Of a stretch of 64,000 nt of DNA, positions 55,837 to 64,000 are shown piece after piece. The translations under genes and the position numbers were made by a program. The stretch is from Gemmatimonadales bacterium. Its GTDB lineage: Bacteria; Gemmatimonadota; Gemmatimonadetes; Gemmatimonadales; GWC2-71-9. The notes beneath the pieces were generated by a model, which was not told the DNA's origin, ran no database searches, and saw only the letters and a list, made by a program, of their open reading frames with translations. Positions within the stretch are counted from its first letter, which is position 1; each line of letters opens with the position of its first letter. The DNA is taken from assembly GCA_041577295.1 (NCBI GenBank), contig JBFGJG010000010.1, forward strand, positions 43,681 through 107,680, read 5' to 3'.

Positions 55837-56994
55837 GTGATTCGCCGCTGCCGGCGCGCCGCGGCGGCGTTCATGGCCTGGTTTCTTCCCCTCGGCCCGC
55901 CACTGGCCGGTCAGGTTGCGGGGACGGTGGATCTTGGTGCGTCTGTCGTCGAATATGACGGCTTCCTCGTCTCGGGAGCCGCCGTGTTCGCTCCTGCCTT
56001 CCGGTTTGACGCCGCCAACCTTTCGCTAGGCACTCAAGCGAGCCTCACAATTTTCGAAAGTGGCAATCGGATCTTCCAAGCGACGGCCGGGGCGGCGTGG
56101 CTCACACCGCCGGGAAAGTGGTGGCTGATCGAGTTTTCGGGGTCGATTGGTGCGTCCAAATATGCGAATCAGACGGCGTTCGGACACGTTGTCGGCCGCA
56201 CCCGGTTGCACGTTTTGAGCGATCGGGTTGGCGGATGGGTGGCTGGCACCACGGGTGGGTCGGTTGGGCAAACGACATCGGTGCCCGGTGTTATTGCTGG
56301 AGGAGGTTGGACGGTGCGCGACCGGTTTGCGTTCGTGGGAACGGCGACCACCACGTGGCTGAATGACGACGGACATCTCGATCTCCTGGGAGCCGCTAGA
56401 TGGTTGGGTGATCGGGTGGAGCTCGAGGTGCGGGCGGCCGCGCGTCCGTGGGCGCAGAGCGCCGGTGGCGTGGGAGAAGCTCGATCCGGCATCTATGGCG
56501 ACGTCTCTGCCAATATCGTCCTCGATGAGCGGATTTCTCTCGCCGTGAGCGGGGGCAGTTACCCCTCGGATCCCGTGCGCCGCGTGCTCGCAGCCAAGTA
56601 CGTCACCGTGGGACTCCGCCTGACCATAGTCGGATCGGAAAGCGCGCCCATCCCTACCGTTGCCGGTGCGGTATACCGCGCTGCCCGTGACGACGTGTTA
56701 CCGGACCGTGATGTCGCCGCGCGGCTCGAGGTCGCTCCATCGGGTGAACCGCGCACGCTACGGGTGTTTGCTTCGCAAGCCACGAGTGTCGAGCTCATGG
56801 GTGACTTTACCGACTGGCGTCCGGTGGCGCTCACGCTCGTCACCCCCACCCTGTGGGAAGCCCGACTGTCTGTTGCACCTGGGGTCCATCGTGTGAATGT
56901 CCGTATCAACGGCGGCGCGTGGTTTGCCCCCGCGGGAACGCGGGTGGAGGAGACTGAGTTTGGGGGTGTGGTGGGGGTGCTGGTGGTACCGTGA
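55837..56994 (+). CDS. Secreted beta-strand-rich protein with C-terminal CBM48-like domain
   Basis: Signal LAG-Q; barrel-like strands; ATSVELMGDFTDW...GVHRVNVRINGGAWFAP. Confidence 0.75.
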   Translation: MIRRCRRAAAAFMAWFLPLGPPLAGQVAGTVDLGASVVEYDGFLVSGAAVFAPAFRFDAANLSLGTQASLTIFESGNRIFQATAGAAWLTPPGKWWLIEFSGSIGASKYANQTAFGHVVGRTRLHVLSDRVGGWVAGTTGGSVGQTTSVPGVIAGGGWTVRDRFAFVGTATTTWLNDDGHLDLLGAARWLGDRVELEVRAAARPWAQSAGGVGEARSGIYGDVSANIVLDERISLAVSGGSYPSDPVRRVLAAKYVTVGLRLTIVGSESAPIPTVAGAVYRAARDDVLPDRDVAARLEVAPSGEPRTLRVFASQATSVELMGDFTDWRPVALTLVTPTLWEARLSVAPGVHRVNVRINGGAWFAPAGTRVEETEFGGVVGVLVVP

Positions 56995-57062
56995 GAGTTG
57001 ATCAGGGGGTCTGCGCACCCCCCAACGATTCTCGGAGAAACGCCCGACCGTCTGTCCTCAGC

Positions 57063-57899
57063 TCAGTGGCTGTGCTCAGCGTCGGGATACCTTCCCGAGC
57101 GAACTTCCTCGCCAAACTGCGCAACCGCCCGACGCACTGCGGGTCCCAGCTCGGCGTACCGCTTGAGGAACTTTGGCCGAAAATCCTCGTTCAGTCCCAA
57201 CAGATCGTGCAGGACGAGCACTTGACCGTCACAATTGGGTCCGGCGCCGATACCGATGGTTGGCACGCCCACCTCCTCGGTCACCCGCGCCGCAACCGTG
57301 GCAGGCATCAGCTCCAGCACCACGGCAAACACCCCGGCCTCCTCGAGTACCTTGGCATCGGCGATCAATCGATCGGCCGCCGCTTTCTGCTTGCCCTGTA
57401 TGTGAGCGCCTCCCAGCGTGTGCACCGATTGCGGAGTAAATCCGAGGTGTCCCATGACCGGAATGCCCGCATCGACCAGTGCACGAATAGTCGGGGCGAC
57501 CACCCGGCCGCCCTCGAGCTTCACCGCTGCGGCACCAGTGCGCTTGAGCACCCTACCGGCGTTGCGTAACGCGTCTTCGATGGAGACCTGGTAGCTGAGG
57601 AACGGAAGATCCACGACCACGAGTGCCCGGGTCACACCACGTCGCACGATGCGTCCGTGATAGATCATCTGGGCAACGGTGGCGGAAAGGGTGGTGTCGT
57701 TTCCGCCCAGTACGGTCGTCACCGAATCGCCCACGAGGATCACGTCAACGCCAGCCCGATCAACGAGCGAAGCGAAGAGCGCGTCATAGGCCGTTATCAT
57801 GACGATCTTCTCGCCGCGTCGCTTCATCGCGTGCAGATCCAAGATCGAGACGGGGCGTCCTTCCCCCGCTGGTTTCGGTGATCCAATGGTGCGTGTCAT
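57063..57899 (-). CDS. panB: 3-methyl-2-oxobutanoate hydroxymethyltransferase
   Basis: TAYD, LVGDS, DLPF, KLEGG, GHLGFTPQS and GIGAG..DGQVLV. Confidence 0.95.
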   Translation of the reverse strand: MTRTIGSPKPAGEGRPVSILDLHAMKRRGEKIVMITAYDALFASLVDRAGVDVILVGDSVTTVLGGNDTTLSATVAQMIYHGRIVRRGVTRALVVVDLPFLSYQVSIEDALRNAGRVLKRTGAAAVKLEGGRVVAPTIRALVDAGIPVMGHLGFTPQSVHTLGGAHIQGKQKAAADRLIADAKVLEEAGVFAVVLELMPATVAARVTEEVGVPTIGIGAGPNCDGQVLVLHDLLGLNEDFRPKFLKRYAELGPAVRRAVAQFGEEVRSGRYPDAEHSH

Positions 57900-58132
57900 G
57901 AGTCTGAATGGGGAAAGAGACGCTCGCCGGTTTGTGCGTCTTCGACGTGAATCGCGCTGGTTGGACAGCTCGAGGCAGCTTCGAGAATGGTTTCGGGCTC
58001 CTCACCCGCGGGATCGACGACCTCGGACTGCCGGTTTGCGTTGTGGGCAAAGGCACGCGGCGCCGTCGCGAGACACATCGCGTTCCCCACACAGCGGCTG
58101 TGATCTACCCAAATGCGAAGCCGACGCGTCAT
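57896..58132 (-). CDS. [3Fe-4S]-type ferredoxin
   Basis: CVGNAMC...CPTSAI; stop overlaps the panB start. Confidence 0.88.
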   Translation of the reverse strand: MTRRLRIWVDHSRCVGNAMCLATAPRAFAHNANRQSEVVDPAGEEPETILEAASSCPTSAIHVEDAQTGERLFPHSDS

Positions 58133-58142
58133 GCCACCTCCT

Positions 58143-59363
58143 TTACGTCCAGGACACCGGCAGGGACTTGAGCGACCGGAACTGGAGACTGGGCTGATAC
58201 TCCAGGTTCTCTGTCTCGAGGTTCAAGCGCGGGAATCGCTCCGCCAGCGCGCGAAAGACTTCCTGTCCCTCCACCCTGGCCAGGGTGACCCCGAGACAGT
58301 AGTGAATCCCCGATCCGAACGAAATGTGCGGGTTCGGTTGACGAGCAATCTCGAAGCGGTCGGGGTGAGGGAAGACAGCAGGGTCACGATTGGCGGCGGC
58401 GATGATCCAGCGAATCCGCTCGCCCGGACGCATGGTCTTACCGCCGAGCTCCACTTCCTGCGCTACCACGCGTTGGGTCGATTTGACCGGTGGGTCGTAG
58501 CGCATGCACTCCTCCACAGCCAGCCGGGTCATCCCCTCCGGATCGGTCCGCAGCCGGTCCCACTGATCTGGATGCCGGATGAACGCGAGCAACCCGTTGC
58601 AGATGAGGTTCATGGTCGTTTCGTGCCCTGCGAACAACAGCAGGGCGGTGTTGACCAGCACCTGATATCGAGTCAGGACTCCCGCCTTCTCCCCTGCGGC
58701 CAAAACTGAAACAAAGTCATCGGTGGGTTCGCGCAGTCGCGACTCGACGAGGGGCTCGGCGTACTCGATGAGTCCTCGAATCCCCTCCGACAACACGCGC
58801 AGCCGATAGGGTTCGCCACGATTCGCCCACAAGATCTTGTCGGCAAGCTCGCGCAGATGCTCACGATCCTCGTAGGGCACTCCCATCATTTGCGCGATGA
58901 CCCGAACAGGAAGGGAGGCCGCGAGATCAGTCAGCACGTTCATTCTGCCGCGCGGCTCGAGTTCGTCGAGCAGTTCGGTCACAGCATCGCGCACGAACGG
59001 GCGCCACGCTTCCATGGCGGTGGGGGTGAAGTACTTGTGGACGACGCGCCGCATGTCGAGGTGTTCCGGACGATCCTTCTCCACCAACTGGTCGGACCGA
59101 AACCGGCGAATGTCGTCCCACAGTGGCAAATGCTCGGGTTCAACGGGGGGATATGGAGGATCGGTGGTGCTCTTGATGACGGCCGATGAAAAAAACTCGT
59201 GATGTCGCAAGATCCACACGACGTGCTCGTACCGCGTCACCACCCACAGTTTGAACCGGGCGTTCCAGTGCACGGGGTCCGTCTCGCGCAATCTGGCAAA
59301 GTACGTGTGGGGATCCGCATTCACCGCGGGGGCAAACAGGTCGTCGAGGTCGGTGGTGGGCAT
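58143..59363 (-). CDS. Cytochrome P450
   Basis: AGHETT, EECMR (ExxR) and FGSGIHYCLG. Start is ATG 59363, or TTG 59414. Confidence 0.95.
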   Translation of the reverse strand: MPTTDLDDLFAPAVNADPHTYFARLRETDPVHWNARFKLWVVTRYEHVVWILRHHEFFSSAVIKSTTDPPYPPVEPEHLPLWDDIRRFRSDQLVEKDRPEHLDMRRVVHKYFTPTAMEAWRPFVRDAVTELLDELEPRGRMNVLTDLAASLPVRVIAQMMGVPYEDREHLRELADKILWANRGEPYRLRVLSEGIRGLIEYAEPLVESRLREPTDDFVSVLAAGEKAGVLTRYQVLVNTALLLFAGHETTMNLICNGLLAFIRHPDQWDRLRTDPEGMTRLAVEECMRYDPPVKSTQRVVAQEVELGGKTMRPGERIRWIIAAANRDPAVFPHPDRFEIARQPNPHISFGSGIHYCLGVTLARVEGQEVFRALAERFPRLNLETENLEYQPSLQFRSLKSLPVSWT

Positions 59364-59473
59364 CAGGTGGGTGGAGAGCTCCTCGGGTTGTTTGTTTGTC
59401 CCGTGGTCGTTCAAGAGAAGGTATGCGAGAGGTGGAGGAGGCAGAAGAGGCCGCCGAGGTATTTCGCCACCGC

Positions 59474-60802
59474 TCAGTTACCGAGGAGTAACACCCACGC
59501 ATCCTTCACGCTGAAGAAGAGAATCACCGCGATTAACGGCGGGATCACGTAACGAATCGTGACGATTGCACCCGGGGCAATTCGTCGAAAGAGAGGCGAG
59601 GCGCCCTCGACCAGCTCCGCCAGCGGATCGTGCACCTTCCATCCCACGAGGAGCGCCATCCCGAGTACTCCGCCGACCACAAAGAGCTCGCCGACGATCT
59701 TGTCCAGCCCGCCCAGAATGCCGAGTGACATTGCGGGTAGGATACCGAGGCCTGTGGCAAGGAGTCCTGCAGTGAGGCCAGCCACTTTTCGCCCCATGCC
59801 CAACTCATCCATGATCGATGCCACGCCTACTTCCAAGAGTGAGAACGATGACGTCAACCCTGCCACCACGAGCGCAGAAAAGAACACGAGGCCGATCGCT
59901 CTCCCCAAAGTTCCCATTTCGGCAAACGCGCCTGGTAGCGAGATGAACAGTGCGCCCATCGTCGCACCGCGCACGTCGTCGGACAATCCGAGCGCGAAGA
60001 TGACAGGGAACACGACCAAGCCACCGATGAACGCGACGGAAAAATCGGAAAACGAAATGACGACGGCCTCACGGCCGATATCTTCCTGTTTGGACAAGTA
60101 CGACGAGTACGTCACCATGACGCCCATACCGACGCTTAGCGAGAGAAAGGCCTGCGTGGCCGCTTGCTTCACGACCGTTGGATCCAGCAGCTCTGCGAGT
60201 GATGGTTTGAGATAGAACAGGTAACCCGGACTAGCGCCTGGACGCGCCGCCGCCCACACCGCGAGTCCCACGAGCAAGACCGCCAGGGTCGGCATCAAGA
60301 CGAGGGCCGCACGCTCGATTCCTTTGCGCACACCCGCCATCACGACGACCGTGGTCACCACCATGAGTACGAGGTGGTTCTTGATCGCTGGCAGACCGGC
60401 GGAGATCGCCGCATATCGTTCGCCCGGTGTCGTCGAAAAGCCACGTATCGCGTCGAGCGCGTAGTTGAGGGTCCAACCCGATACGATCGAGAAGTACGAC
60501 AGAATGACGAGCGGAGTGACGACGTAGAGCACCCCCAGTGGAATCCACCGGCGTCCGCCGAGCGTTCGCAACGCACCCACTGGAGATCGCCCGGTCCGCC
60601 GACCGACGATGAACTCGGCGGCCATCATCGGCACACCGATCAGTGCCGTCATGAACAGATACAGCAGGACGAACGCGGCACCGCCTCCGTCGGCGGCTTG
60701 GTAGGGGAATCGCCAGATATTCCCGAGGCCGATAGCGCTCCCGGCAGCTGCAAGCACGAAGCCGAGGCGGGAACCAAACCGTTCGCGGGGTGGTTGCGAC
60801 AT
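59474..60802 (-). CDS. NSS (SNF/LeuT-like) sodium-dependent transporter
   Basis: GSAIGLGNIWRFPY, KGIER and QAFLSLSVGMG. Confidence 0.93.
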   Translation of the reverse strand: MSQPPRERFGSRLGFVLAAAGSAIGLGNIWRFPYQAADGGGAAFVLLYLFMTALIGVPMMAAEFIVGRRTGRSPVGALRTLGGRRWIPLGVLYVVTPLVILSYFSIVSGWTLNYALDAIRGFSTTPGERYAAISAGLPAIKNHLVLMVVTTVVVMAGVRKGIERAALVLMPTLAVLLVGLAVWAAARPGASPGYLFYLKPSLAELLDPTVVKQAATQAFLSLSVGMGVMVTYSSYLSKQEDIGREAVVISFSDFSVAFIGGLVVFPVIFALGLSDDVRGATMGALFISLPGAFAEMGTLGRAIGLVFFSALVVAGLTSSFSLLEVGVASIMDELGMGRKVAGLTAGLLATGLGILPAMSLGILGGLDKIVGELFVVGGVLGMALLVGWKVHDPLAELVEGASPLFRRIAPGAIVTIRYVIPPLIAVILFFSVKDAWVLLLGN

Positions 60803-60883
60803 TTGCGTAGATATAGGAATCCCTTGTAGGAGCGTCAAACAATCAGCGGGCAGACCAGCGAAACCCGTGCGAGGCACGGGTCA

Positions 60884-62152
60884 ATGAGGTGCTCTATGGT
60901 TCGGATGTTTTGTCGCATGGGGGCAGCCTTGGCCATCCTGCCACTCGTGCCCGCGTTCGTAGCAAGCCAGGTCCCCACGTTTGAGCTTGTGAACGGGTAT
61001 TGGTATATCGACGGGACGTTTCGAGCGCAGACCATGTACTCGGTGGCTGGTGTGATTCGCTCTTCCCACTCGGGGACCCCTGACTCGGTCATCGACCTCG
61101 CTGGCGGGTATGTCGTACCAGCCTTCGGCGATGCGCACCAGCACCGCCCCGACACGCCCGACCGACTGGAAAGCGCGATGACACCGCTGGTCAGCGAGGG
61201 GGTGTTCTATGTGATGAACCAAGGGAATCTCACCCGATACGTTCACGCGATGCGTGATCAACCCGGGCAAATGGTCGATGTCCTCTACGCCAACGCGCAG
61301 ATCGCTTCCGCACAAAGCCACAGCCTGGAATTGTGGCAGCGGCTCGTGCGAAACGGCGTGTTTCCCGGGATGACGGTAGACCGACTTGACGGTGATGCGT
61401 ACGTCGTTGTGGAGTCGTCATCCGACCTCGAGGCAAAGTGGGCAGACCACCTCGCCGGGCGACCGGACTTCATCAAGATCATGCTCGAACACAGTGACGA
61501 GTTCCAAGAGCGTCGTGATGATCCAGCGTACTTCGGAGCCTCTGGGTTGGATCCCGCGCTCGTGCCCTCAATTGTCGCACGCGCTCACGCGCTTGGGCTG
61601 CGCGTGTCGGCGCATATCGAAAACGCGGCGGATTTCCGACTAGCGGTCGCCGGAGGCGTCGACGTCGTCGCGCATCTTCCGGGGTACAATATTCGAACAG
61701 GAGAAGATGTTGCAACGTACCGCATCGATCGCAACGACGCTGAGCAGGCCGCTCGGCAGGGGACGATCGTCGTGAGCACGACATTGTTGAGCGACGGATT
61801 TGCGCGGGGGGACAGTTCGCGGCTCGCGCTCATGCGCGCGAATCACGCAGCGAATCTCCGCATCCTCGCCGACGCTGGCGTGACGCTCGTTGCGGGAAGC
61901 GACAGTTATCGAGAGTCGTCAATCGCGGAGGTACTGAACCTCCGAAAGCTCGGGGTTTTCGCGGATGCGGAACTTCTCCAGATGCTGGCTGTGGACACGC
62001 CGCGAGCGATCTACCCCAATCGGGCGATCGGCGCATTGATCGATGGATCGGAAGCAAACTTCGTGGTCTTGCGGGCTGATCCGACTCAGGATCTGACCGG
62101 GATTCGTGACATAACGCTGCTAATGAAGGACGGCCGTCTGATCCAGCGATGA
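60884..62152 (+). CDS. Secreted amidohydrolase-family protein
   Basis: DLAGGYVVP, DAHQH, FIKIM, SAH, GSD and ANFVVL..DP. Start may be a later Met. Confidence 0.82.
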   Translation: MRCSMVRMFCRMGAALAILPLVPAFVASQVPTFELVNGYWYIDGTFRAQTMYSVAGVIRSSHSGTPDSVIDLAGGYVVPAFGDAHQHRPDTPDRLESAMTPLVSEGVFYVMNQGNLTRYVHAMRDQPGQMVDVLYANAQIASAQSHSLELWQRLVRNGVFPGMTVDRLDGDAYVVVESSSDLEAKWADHLAGRPDFIKIMLEHSDEFQERRDDPAYFGASGLDPALVPSIVARAHALGLRVSAHIENAADFRLAVAGGVDVVAHLPGYNIRTGEDVATYRIDRNDAEQAARQGTIVVSTTLLSDGFARGDSSRLALMRANHAANLRILADAGVTLVAGSDSYRESSIAEVLNLRKLGVFADAELLQMLAVDTPRAIYPNRAIGALIDGSEANFVVLRADPTQDLTGIRDITLLMKDGRLIQR

Positions 62153-62235
62153 CGGTGCGACGGGCGAGCCATCCGCTTCGCTGGAATGATGCCGGTTCGA
62201 CGGATAACTTCTCCCAGCCTTTTCGAGCGAAGATC

Positions 62236-63312
62236 ATGCCAATATTCGATCGCCTGTCGGCCGAGGGCTTTCGGGAAGTCGTCTTCTGCAATGACAACGA
62301 CGCCGGGTTGCGAGCGATCATCGCCATCCACGACACTACGCTTGGCCCTGCACTGGGCGGCGTCCGGATGCGTCCCTTTGCAACCGAGGAGGAAGCACTG
62401 GTCGATGTTCTGAGGCTCGCGCGCGGGATGACGTACAAGGCGGCCATCAGTGGTGTCGATCTAGGCGGTGGAAAATCGGTCATCATTGGCGATTCGCGGA
62501 CTGCAAAGTCCGAAGTGTTGCTCGAGGCGATGGGTCGCTTCATCCACGACATGGGCGGGCGGTACATCGCGGGGCAGGACATCGGGACGGACTCCCATGA
62601 CATGGCGGTCATCCGTCGCGAGACGCCACACGTTGCCTGCGTGCCCAAGGACGCCGGGGGGGCGGGTGACCCGTCGTTTGCGACCGCATTCGGTGTCACC
62701 GCCGGGATACGCGCCGTCCTCAAAGTGACCACCGGCGACGATGCGCTCTCCGGGCGTCACGTTGCGATTCAGGGGGTGGGACACGTGGGTTACTTCGTTG
62801 CGAAGTACTGCCATGAGGCCGGTGCGAAGCTCACGGTGACCGACGTCGCCCGGGACACCGTGCAACGAGCGGCCAATGAATTCTCGGCCACGGTGATCCC
62901 GCCGGAGGAGATCTACCAAGTTGACTGCGATATCTTCGCGCCGTGCTCGGTGGGGGCCGTCGTGAACGATGCCACGATCCCGCGTCTACGCTGCAAGGGG
63001 ATCGCCGGTGCGGCCAACAACGTTCTTGCTGAACCGCGCCACGGGTACGCGCTCATGGAACGAGAGATTGTTTACGGTCCAGACTATCTCGTCAATTCCG
63101 GGGGGCTGATCCGCTGTCAGGAAGAGGTCCGTGGGGGTGAGGTAGACGACGAGAAGGTTCTTGCGAAGGTGAGCCGCATCTACGATCAAACCCTCGAGGT
63201 GATTCGCACGGCCGAGGAGCAGGGAATCAGTCCGGCGGACGCGGCGGATCGGATGGCGGAAGAGCGCATCGCGCGCGCGCGGGCTGCCGCGGCCGGTGTC
63301 GCGGGGTCATGA
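62236..63312 (+). CDS. Leucine dehydrogenase (Glu/Leu/Phe/Val family)
   Basis: HDTTLGPALGG, GMTYKAA, GGGKSV, QGVGHVG, GAANN and PDYLVNSGG. Confidence 0.92.
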   Translation: MPIFDRLSAEGFREVVFCNDNDAGLRAIIAIHDTTLGPALGGVRMRPFATEEEALVDVLRLARGMTYKAAISGVDLGGGKSVIIGDSRTAKSEVLLEAMGRFIHDMGGRYIAGQDIGTDSHDMAVIRRETPHVACVPKDAGGAGDPSFATAFGVTAGIRAVLKVTTGDDALSGRHVAIQGVGHVGYFVAKYCHEAGAKLTVTDVARDTVQRAANEFSATVIPPEEIYQVDCDIFAPCSVGAVVNDATIPRLRCKGIAGAANNVLAEPRHGYALMEREIVYGPDYLVNSGGLIRCQEEVRGGEVDDEKVLAKVSRIYDQTLEVIRTAEEQGISPADAADRMAEERIARARAAAAGVAGS

Positions 63313-63432
63313 GGCGGTGCAGATTCGGCGTTCATTCCGGGCGCTTTGAGCGCGACCACCCCTCCGCCGCTTTCGCGCCCACGGCCCCGTGGTTAGGGTT
63401 CCTATCTCACCTACTCGATGGAGGGCCCCTGC

Positions 63433-63975
63433 ATGGCCATGGCAACGCAGACTCCAACCAAGATGATCGCTCAGGGGTTACTCCCAGAGTTCGATCTGGA
63501 AATGGAAGCGACACGCAAAGTGCTTGCGAACGTTCCGGAGAAAAAGTTGAGTTGGCAACCGCACGACAAGTCGATGACGCTGAGTCGCCTCGCAGCGCAT
63601 GTGGCAGAGATCCCGGGGTGGACGGAGCAAACCCTGACCCAGGACGAGTTGGATATCGCGCCGCCAGGTTCAGAGGAGTTCAAACCGGCTGAGACCGAGA
63701 CGATCGCCAAGCTGCTCAAGTCGTTCGATGAGAACGTCAAGAAGGCCCGCAAGATCATCGAGACCACGGACGATCAGAAGTTCATGAAGCCGTGGACGCT
63801 GAAGAAGGGTGGTAAGTCTCTCTTTACGGCGCCACGCGTCGGGATCATGAGACGTTTCGTGATGAACCATCTGATTCATCATCGAGCGCAACTGACGGTG
63901 TACCTGCGGCAAACGGGTGCCAAGGTCCCGCAGACGCTCGGTCCCACGGCGGATTATCCGGATTTCGGCAGGTAA
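63433..63975 (+). CDS. DinB-family protein
   Basis: GGAGG RBS; WQPHDKSMTL..LAAH and NHLIHHRAQLTVYLR. Confidence 0.9.
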   Translation: MAMATQTPTKMIAQGLLPEFDLEMEATRKVLANVPEKKLSWQPHDKSMTLSRLAAHVAEIPGWTEQTLTQDELDIAPPGSEEFKPAETETIAKLLKSFDENVKKARKIIETTDDQKFMKPWTLKKGGKSLFTAPRVGIMRRFVMNHLIHHRAQLTVYLRQTGAKVPQTLGPTADYPDFGR

Positions 63976-64000
63976 CCGAGCGATAATAACGAGCCCGACA

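Overview
High-GC bacterial window. It is most likely Gemmatimonadota; this is inferred from SusC/SusD in a GC-rich genome, a plug-only lipoprotein and an RCC1 Ser/Thr kinase, and has not been verified. Positions ~1-41 kb form a large alpha-glucoside/trehalose/alpha-glucan utilization region. Its core is SusC/SusD, two GH13s, GH97, GH37 trehalase, an amylo-1,6-glucosidase-like protein, two SSS symporters, a PfkB kinase and a pyruvate kinase-like protein. The region also carries unexplained envelope proteins: four FG-GAP/ASPIC-UnbV proteins, an RnfD/UnbU-like membrane protein, a 7-heme TPR lipoprotein, a PQQ-type sugar dehydrogenase, a plug-only TonB lipoprotein, and a deletion-fused remnant of a glycoside-3-dehydrogenase pair. 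Positions 41-57 kb carry envelope and signalling modules. The best candidate for an undescribed system is a four-gene ECF sigma cassette whose anti-sigma and outer-membrane partner both carry CBM48-like glycogen-binding domains. An exact bipartite motif, TGTGAC-N17-GGTATC, lies directly upstream of this sigma gene and also upstream of a beta-barrel + MauG-like diheme peroxidase operon, which suggests a regulon. Positions 57-64 kb hold panB/ferredoxin/P450, an NSS transporter, an amidohydrolase, leucine dehydrogenase and DinB. No rRNA, tRNA, CRISPR array or transposase was recognised. All calls were made by eye from motifs; no database searches were run.
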